Assembly (NCBI GenBank): GCA_038230375.1
Contig: JBBRNJ010000007.1
Span: 104,004-168,003, forward strand
From: Polyangiales bacterium
GTDB lineage: Bacteria > Myxococcota_A > Polyangia > Polyangiales > Polyangiaceae
Length of the DNA stretch: 64,000 nucleotides
Direction of reading: 5' to 3'
The position numbers were made by a program, and so were the translations under genes. The notes under the pieces were generated by a model, which was not told the origin of the DNA, did no database searches, and saw nothing but the letters and a program-made list of their open reading frames with translations. This document shows positions 58,233-64,000 of the stretch, piece by piece (position 1 is the stretch's first letter; every line of letters starts with the position of its first letter).

Positions 58233-58663
58233 TGGGCCACCACTCCCTGGACCTGTTGCCGCGGCGGACCGAGGCGCACAAGCTCGCCCGTGATCGTGAC
58301 CTCTGTGCCGATCGGGACGAAGAAGAAGATGGCTCCGAGGATCTCCTGGCCCGTGGTGATGGGCGTGGAGTGCATCCGCACGTTGGCCAGACCATCTGCG
58401 CCAGAGGTCTGAATCTGGGGCGTGAGCTCCTTCATGGCGGTCTCGAGATCGGTGCCGACGGGATCGGCGAAGCCGAAGACTCGTGCGCCCTTGCGTGTGA
58501 GCTGGATGACACCAACGCTCTCGTACGGCGGCTTCACCGCCTCCGCCGTGAAGAAGATGGTGCCGGGCGCCGTGCGCTTGGGGAACTCCACGTACTGCAC
58601 TGACGTGCAACCGCCGAGCGACAGGAGCGCGAGCAATGGAAGGAATCGGAGCGGGCGCATCAC
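58229..58663 (-). CDS. YbjQ/RcsF-like lipoprotein B
   Basis: LGGC lipobox; FFTAEAVKPPYESVGVI..SGADGLANV..ITGELV. Confidence 0.65.
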   Translation of the reverse strand: MMRPLRFLPLLALLSLGGCTSVQYVEFPKRTAPGTIFFTAEAVKPPYESVGVIQLTRKGARVFGFADPVGTDLETAMKELTPQIQTSGADGLANVRMHSTPITTGQEILGAIFFFVPIGTEVTITGELVRLGPPRQQVQGVVAQ

Positions 58664-59154
58664 AGGCTCTTCGTCCCGGGTGCGGGCGCAGCGGCGGGCG
58701 CAGCGGGCGTGGGCGCAGCGGGCGTGGGCGCAGCGGCGCCCGGCTTGAGCTTCACGATCTGACCCGTGATGGTGACGCCCGAGGGGAGCGGGAAGATGAA
58801 GAAAATGGCGCCCATCGCGCGTGCGAGCGGCGTGTACTGCGTCATGGCATAGCGAACGCGCACGATACCGTCGCCGCCTTGCTTCTTCACCTCCGGGATC
58901 AGCACGTCCTTGAAGCCGGCCTCCAGGTCGGTGCCCACGACGTCGATGTTGCCAAACAGGAGCACTCCGCCCTTGTGGACCTGCAGCATGCCCACGACCT
59001 CGTGCGGCTCGGTGATGTCGCCAGACGTCACGAACACGCCCTGGCCGGGCGCGCCCGGCACGGACGGAACCTGCACCGTGTTGACGACGGTACAGCCCGT
59101 GGTCATTGCAAGGAGGACAACCGAGAGACCAAGGGAGCGGCTTGCGACGGACAT
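58660..59154 (-). CDS. YbjQ/RcsF-like lipoprotein A
   Basis: TTGC lipobox; FVTSGDITEPHEVVGML..KKQGGDGIVRV..ITGQIV; PAAPT repeats in the tail. Confidence 0.65.
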   Translation of the reverse strand: MSVASRSLGLSVVLLAMTTGCTVVNTVQVPSVPGAPGQGVFVTSGDITEPHEVVGMLQVHKGGVLLFGNIDVVGTDLEAGFKDVLIPEVKKQGGDGIVRVRYAMTQYTPLARAMGAIFFIFPLPSGVTITGQIVKLKPGAAAPTPAAPTPAAPAAAPAPGTKSL

Positions 59155-59200
59155 GGGCGCAAACTACCTCATGTGTGCCGCGGGCGCGCGAAGATCCGCG

Positions 59201-59458
59201 TCAGCTCGGGCGCGTCGTGAGCTTGTCCACGGCGTGTACCGGGGCGCGGTCGCCCTGCATGAGGTGCGTGATGGCCGACAGCACGAGCCGCTGGCTCTGC
59301 AGCATGCTCTTGCCCTCGAACGCGGCGGACACGACGCTGATGGTGTAGTGACCGCCGCCTCCCTGAGCCTCTACCTGGGCGCCAGGGATCTTCTCCGCGA
59401 TGGCGCTCTTGATGGCGGTGGGGATGTCGCCTGCGAAGTCTGTCGGGTGGTCGCTCAT
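59201..59458 (-). CDS. BolA-family protein
   Basis: GGHYTISVVSAAFEGKSMLQSQRLV...VHAV. Confidence 0.9.
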   Translation of the reverse strand: MSDHPTDFAGDIPTAIKSAIAEKIPGAQVEAQGGGGHYTISVVSAAFEGKSMLQSQRLVLSAITHLMQGDRAPVHAVDKLTTRPS

Positions 59459-59508
59459 GTTGTTTTTCTCGACGGGGGTTTATGTATCGAGATCTGTCGG
59501 CGGGTGCC

Positions 59509-60423
59509 TCAGTACCGCGGGACCTTCGTGTCCACGCGCTGCGACCACGCGTCGATGCCGCCTTCGAGGTTGTAGATGTTCTTGTAGCCCTCGCCGAGGA
59601 AGCGCTCCGCGGCCGCGCGGCTCCGCATGCCGTGGTGGCACATGAAGACGACCTTCTCGTCCTTGCCGAGCGCGGCGAGGGTCTTCATTCCGGCGTCGTC
59701 GAGCGCCTTCGCGAACGACACGCTGGCCTGCTTCATCTCTGCGTCCGTGCGAACGTCGAAGACGGTGAACTTCGTCCCCTGCTCGTTCCACTTGGCGAGC
59801 TCCTCGGGCCGGAGCGGTTTCACGCTCGGCGGCTCGTTCGGATTCTCGATCTTGAAGGCGCCTCCGTCGGGCGTCTCCACGAAATCGATCTCCATGCCGT
59901 TGGCGCGCTTGGCGCTGCCCTTCTCGACCCAGATGCTGACGCCCTCGGACTTCACCTCGATGTCGCCCGCCTTCTTGGGGCCGACGTGGAGATCGTACTT
60001 GTATTGCGGCGTCACCTCGATGCGGAGCACGTCATCGCCGCCGTCCTGCGCCTCCTTGAACGCCTTCGCTGCGGCCGGCGAGAGCGAGACCACCGGGGTC
60101 ACGTTCTCCACCTGCACGCCGACGAGCTTCTGCAGCTCACCCTGCGCGTAGAGATCCTTGATGATGTCGCAGCCGCCGACGAACTCGCCGCCCACGTAGA
60201 GCTGCGGGATGGTCGGCCACTCCGAGAACTCCTTGATGCCGTCGCGGATCTGCGGATCCTGGAGCACGTTGACGGTGTCGAACTCGGTCCCCATCTCCTT
60301 CAGGATCTGTACGACCTGCGCGCTGAAGCCACACTGCGGGAAGTGCTTGTTGCCCTTCATGAAGAGGACAACCTTGTTCTTCTTGATGGCGGACTCGATC
60401 TGCGTGCGGACTTGTTCGTTCAT
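59509..60423 (-). CDS. Monothiol glutaredoxin (Grx4) fused to an IscA-like domain and rhodanese
   Basis: LFMKG..PQCGFS..WPTIPQLY..GGCDI; middle LSPAAA..IDFV..FKIENPN; C-terminal DVRT..CHHGMRS..LEGGIDAW. Confidence 0.9.
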   Translation of the reverse strand: MNEQVRTQIESAIKKNKVVLFMKGNKHFPQCGFSAQVVQILKEMGTEFDTVNVLQDPQIRDGIKEFSEWPTIPQLYVGGEFVGGCDIIKDLYAQGELQKLVGVQVENVTPVVSLSPAAAKAFKEAQDGGDDVLRIEVTPQYKYDLHVGPKKAGDIEVKSEGVSIWVEKGSAKRANGMEIDFVETPDGGAFKIENPNEPPSVKPLRPEELAKWNEQGTKFTVFDVRTDAEMKQASVSFAKALDDAGMKTLAALGKDEKVVFMCHHGMRSRAAAERFLGEGYKNIYNLEGGIDAWSQRVDTKVPRY

Positions 60424-60541
60424 TGCGGGGCGAAACATCGTGCGCGAACAAGCTTCCGTCAAGCGAAACGCGCATGATTTGCGCACTCTGTTCCCGCCGG
60501 AAGCCCGAAATGCCGAGAAATGCCCGGTCCTCGCGTGAGGC

Positions 60542-61429
60542 TCAGTTCTGGCAGAGGCCTTCCTTGATGCCGCCCAGCACGGGTGCGTTGGCGCCGTAGA
60601 CGTCCTTGCACGTGAAGCCGCCCGCGCAGTCTGCGGTGTAGGCGGCGCCGATGCGGCACCACTTCTCGCACTGGAGGCCCTTCGTCGGGTGCTTGCCGCA
60701 GGCATAGCCCGCGACGCAGTCGTAGTCCGTGGTGCATGCAGCGAGGGCCACGATGTCACCGGGGAAGCTGCAGTCTGTCACTTTTGCGGGCGCGTAGAGC
60801 GACGGGAACCACAGGCACGTGTTGCCCGTGCCGCAGAGCGCCTCTGGCGATACCGGATCGCACGTGAGCGTGCAGACAAGGTCGTTGGGCATGGGGACGT
60901 TCTGATCGTCCGTCGCTGCAATGCAGACTCCGGTGCCAGCGGAGTTGCAGTTGGCGCCGACCTTCGCGCAGAAGGGGCGGCACGAGCCGAACTGGCACGT
61001 GAAGCCCTGCAGGCACTCGCTGGTGACCATGCACGCGCGGCCGAGCGATTTGGTGCCGGCCTTCACGCACGACACCGCGCCGTTCGCCACGTTCGTGATG
61101 TCGCAGGTCTCGTTCGCGTTGCAGCCGCACTGCGGAGCGAGACCGCAGCCGTCACTTGGAGGCGTGAGCGTGCATGTCACCGCCTGCTCGCCGCCGTCTG
61201 GCGTGCCGCCGCCACCTGCGTCCGTGTCACCATCACCACCACCGCCGCCACCCGCATCTTTGCCGGCGCCACCGCCACCACCACTGCCGGGCTTGACGCC
61301 AATGAGGTCGCCGCCGGAGCCGTTACCGCCGCCACACGCGGCAGAGAACACTGCGCCCGACACGATCGCGCACAGCGCGAGCAGGAGGGGAGAGGCGCGA
61401 ACGATGCGCGTGCTTTCGATGCGCTGCAC
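60542..61429 (-). CDS. Cys-rich lipoprotein
   Basis: SAAC lipobox; Gly-rich DAG linker; more than 20 Cys in repeats (PQCGC..TC, ECLQG.TC, CRPFC). Confidence 0.72.
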   Translation of the reverse strand: MQRIESTRIVRASPLLLALCAIVSGAVFSAACGGGNGSGGDLIGVKPGSGGGGGAGKDAGGGGGGDGDTDAGGGGTPDGGEQAVTCTLTPPSDGCGLAPQCGCNANETCDITNVANGAVSCVKAGTKSLGRACMVTSECLQGFTCQFGSCRPFCAKVGANCNSAGTGVCIAATDDQNVPMPNDLVCTLTCDPVSPEALCGTGNTCLWFPSLYAPAKVTDCSFPGDIVALAACTTDYDCVAGYACGKHPTKGLQCEKWCRIGAAYTADCAGGFTCKDVYGANAPVLGGIKEGLCQN

Positions 61430-61457
61430 ACCTCTACTGTAGCAGAAGTGGCCTAGG

Positions 61458-62408
61458 ATGGCCTCCATGAGGATGTCGGCGAGCCCGCCACTGAAGGTTG
61501 TATCTTACAACGTTCGATACTTCGGGCATGGCACGCGCGGTCTGTTCTCCACCCGTGGGGCCATGACCCGCATCGCGAAGAGCCTTGCGGACCTGACGCC
61601 GCTCGCAGACGTGGTGTGCCTCCAGGAGGTGGAGAATGCCTCCTTGCGAAGCCACCTCTTCCACACCGAGGAAGAGGACGAGCCGTCACCACAGGCCGAG
61701 CGCTTCGCGACCAAGCTGCACGAGGCGCTCGACGGCCGCGCAGAATACGGCTCGCACTACTTCCCCGCGCACACGTACAAGATCACGGACACCACGTCCT
61801 TCTACACGACGGGCCTCGTCATCCTGGTGAAGAACGGCCTCACGGTGCTCGCTCACAACGCCAACGCACCCGCGGACGTGACGGAGCGGCGCAAGGCAGG
61901 CGCGCGCCTGAAGCAGACCCGCATCGTCGCGCACGTGCGCGTGCGGACGGATCACGGGCAGACGCTGGATGTCTTCAACACACACCTGTCACTCCCGCGC
62001 GCCACCACGTCGGAGTTCTGGCTGCAGCCGTTTCGCATGGGCTACGGGAAGAACCAGCTGGAAGAGGTGAAGCGCGTCCACGCCTTCGTCGATCACGAGC
62101 GCGCGAGCGACGCGTTCGTGCTGATGGGTGACTTCAACTCTCTCCCGGGCTCGCCCGCCTACCGCTTCCTGGTCTACGAGTGCGGTCTTCACGACGTGTA
62201 CGCGCACCATCATCGCCTGGACGAGCGTGCGCTGCGGGACCACCCCACGGCAGGGTTCCTCAACCTGCGGATGCGCATCGATCACATGCTGACGGGTCGC
62301 GGGGTCTCGTGCCTCGACTTCGACGACACGTTCCACTTCGACCAGAAGGGCACCTTCACGGGTCTCTCGGATCACGTGCCCCTCATCGGGCGATTTCGCA
62401 TCCATTGA
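61458..62408 (+). CDS. Endonuclease/exonuclease/phosphatase (EEP) family protein
   Basis: SYNV, CLQEV, NTHL, MGDFN, IDH and SDH motifs. Confidence 0.9.
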   Translation: MASMRMSASPPLKVVSYNVRYFGHGTRGLFSTRGAMTRIAKSLADLTPLADVVCLQEVENASLRSHLFHTEEEDEPSPQAERFATKLHEALDGRAEYGSHYFPAHTYKITDTTSFYTTGLVILVKNGLTVLAHNANAPADVTERRKAGARLKQTRIVAHVRVRTDHGQTLDVFNTHLSLPRATTSEFWLQPFRMGYGKNQLEEVKRVHAFVDHERASDAFVLMGDFNSLPGSPAYRFLVYECGLHDVYAHHHRLDERALRDHPTAGFLNLRMRIDHMLTGRGVSCLDFDDTFHFDQKGTFTGLSDHVPLIGRFRIH

Positions 62409-62434
62409 CTGGGTGAAATCCCTACGCTTGATCC

Positions 62435-63151
62435 ATGAGCGAGATTGCATTGGTCACAGGTGGCGCGGGTGCTCTTGGCGGCGCGGTGGTGAAGGCGCTC
62501 GTTGCTCGCGGTGATCGCGTCGCGATCTTCGATGGCGTGCAGGCCAAGCAGCGCGCGGACGAGCTCGCCGCGGAGCTGGGGCGTGACAAGGTGGTCGTTG
62601 CCACGGGTGACCTGGCAAGCCTGGAGACGTGGAAGAGCGGGCTCGCGATCGTGAAGGCGGCGTTCGGTGAAGCGCCGTCTCTCGCTGCGCTGGTCGCGGG
62701 CGGATGGCAGGGCGGAAAGCCACTGCACGAGACCGCAGACGATGCGGCTTTCACGGCGATGATGGCCTCCAACACGCAGACGGTCCACAACGCGCTCGTG
62801 TCGCTGTTGCCTGCGATGGTGGAGAAGAAGCACGGCAGCATCGTGGCGATTGGCTCACGCGCCGTGGAGCGGCCGTGGACAAGCGCAAAGGCAGCAGCCT
62901 ACGGCGCATCGAAGGCCGCGGCGGTCGCGCTCGTGCAGGTCGCAGCGGAGGAGGTGCTCGAGTATGGCGTGCGCCTCAACGCGGTCCTGCCGAGCACGAT
63001 GGACACACGCGCGAACCGCAACGCCATGCCCAAGGCCGATCCCACGAAGTGGGTCGCGCTGGAATCAGCCGCGAAGGTGATCGCATTTCTTCTCTCGGAC
63101 GACGCGAAGGACATCTCCGGCGCTGCGATCCCGCTCTACGGACGTGCCTGA
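62435..63151 (+). CDS. Short-chain dehydrogenase/reductase
   Basis: TGGAGALG; YGASK; NAVLPS. Confidence 0.92.
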   Translation: MSEIALVTGGAGALGGAVVKALVARGDRVAIFDGVQAKQRADELAAELGRDKVVVATGDLASLETWKSGLAIVKAAFGEAPSLAALVAGGWQGGKPLHETADDAAFTAMMASNTQTVHNALVSLLPAMVEKKHGSIVAIGSRAVERPWTSAKAAAYGASKAAAVALVQVAAEEVLEYGVRLNAVLPSTMDTRANRNAMPKADPTKWVALESAAKVIAFLLSDDAKDISGAAIPLYGRA

Positions 63152-63520
63152 AGCCGCCTGAAACGGCGCGGACGTGCTGAGACGCATGCGAGTCGTGACG
63201 GTCGCACATGGGCGCTCGCGAGGGGACGTGTGCGTGCTGACCGCAGCTTCTTCCAGCGCCGCGCGCTCATTTCCTGTGGCAAAGCACGTAGCTTTCCGGT
63301 GCGCGTAAAATAGCGACAACGCACCCACAAATCGGATTGCCGAATACGGGATCGCGTTTGCTATTGCGATTTGACGGGCGTATCAACTCGGCATCCGGTG
63401 AGTCGGTGGAATCCGCTGCTACCTCCGTTCGTGCGGAGTGAGCCCCCCACAGTCGCTGGAAAAGTTCGTTGGTGGTGGAGCGCTGCTCCGCCCCGGCGGC
63501 GTTTTGTCGAAAGGGACACC

Positions 63521-64000
63521 ATGAAGCTCATCACCGTCGCGTCGGTCGTGCTCTCTTCTGCGCTCGTTGCGTGCTCGCTCTCGTCCGCCCCAGGCGAGGA
63601 AGGAACCACCGGGCAGGTCTCCGAGCCCATCATCGGCGGAAGCGCCGCCACCGCGTATCCGGAGGCGATCCTGGTCGACCTCTACAAGAGCGGGCAGCTC
63701 GTAGGCTACTGCTCCGGCTCCGTCATCGCGCCGCGTGTGGTGCTCACCGCAGGTCACTGCGTCGACGGCTTCACGTCATGGAAGATCGCGGCGCCGAACG
63801 CCGGCGGGCAGCACGCGAACGCAACCAGCGGCACCACGTACGACTGGGCGGAGAACGGCGCCGAGACCGTGAATCCCAATCATCACGATATCGGTCTCAT
63901 CTTCCTCAGCACCGATATCGCACTATCTTCCTACCCCGTCCTCGCGCAGAGCCCACTCGCCAGTGGCGCTTCCATCGTCAACATCGGACGCATCAACAAC
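63521..64000 (+). CDS. Trypsin-like (S1) serine protease lipoprotein, runs off the window
   Basis: Not in the ORF track; reads MKLITVASVVLSSALVAC...EPIIGG...YCSGSVIAPRVVLTAGHC...HDIGL. Confidence 0.88.
   Translation, partial: MKLITVASVVLSSALVACSLSSAPGEEGTTGQVSEPIIGGSAATAYPEAILVDLYKSGQLVGYCSGSVIAPRVVLTAGHCVDGFTSWKIAAPNAGGQHANATSGTTYDWAENGAETVNPNHHDIGLIFLSTDIALSSYPVLAQSPLASGASIVNIGRINN

Noticed and set aside
58681..58740. Short tandem repeats GGGCGCAGCGG
   Set aside because: They encode a PAAPT linker; ordinary coding low complexity
63152..63520. Possible ncRNA in the 369-bp gap before the protease
   Set aside because: AT-richer, promoter-like stretch with only weak inverted repeats; no recognisable RNA family

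Overview
GC-rich bacterial chromosomal window, most likely from a myxobacterium (Myxococcota, Polyangiales/Labilithrix-like). This placement is inferred from a kinase-tail + PEGA/TPR gene pair, a MYXO-CTERM-like tail, many Cys/Gly-rich lipoproteins and a Hanks-type kinase. In order: an iorAB-type molybdo-oxidoreductase with a c-type cytochrome; a compact thiO-thiS-thiG-thiE operon; a ~21 kb signalling island (four sensor/hybrid kinases, a sigma-54 activator with visible enhancer sites and -24/-12 promoter, a stand-alone DHp microprotein, two duplicated MCPs, cheW-R-B-Y, a pseudo-receiver/CheX-like fusion, cheW2, cheA, a LuxR-type regulator); a frameshifted porin facing a second porin; a soluble-adenylyl-cyclase-like STAND protein; secreted/lipoproteins. 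The right half has an EVE gene head-to-head with four double-YbjQ (UPF0145) paralogues plus a deoxynucleoside kinase, Ku + ATP-dependent ligase + Ser/Thr kinase, an archaeal/eukaryotic-type ProRS, three YbjQ/RcsF-like lipoproteins, BolA with a Grx4-IscA-like-rhodanese fusion, an EEP-family protein, an SDR and a trypsin-like protease running off the window. No rRNA, tRNA, CRISPR array or transposase was seen. The best candidate for an undescribed system is the EVE / 4x tandem-YbjQ / dNK locus (44.2-48.9 kb). All calls come from motif reading by eye; no database searches were run.
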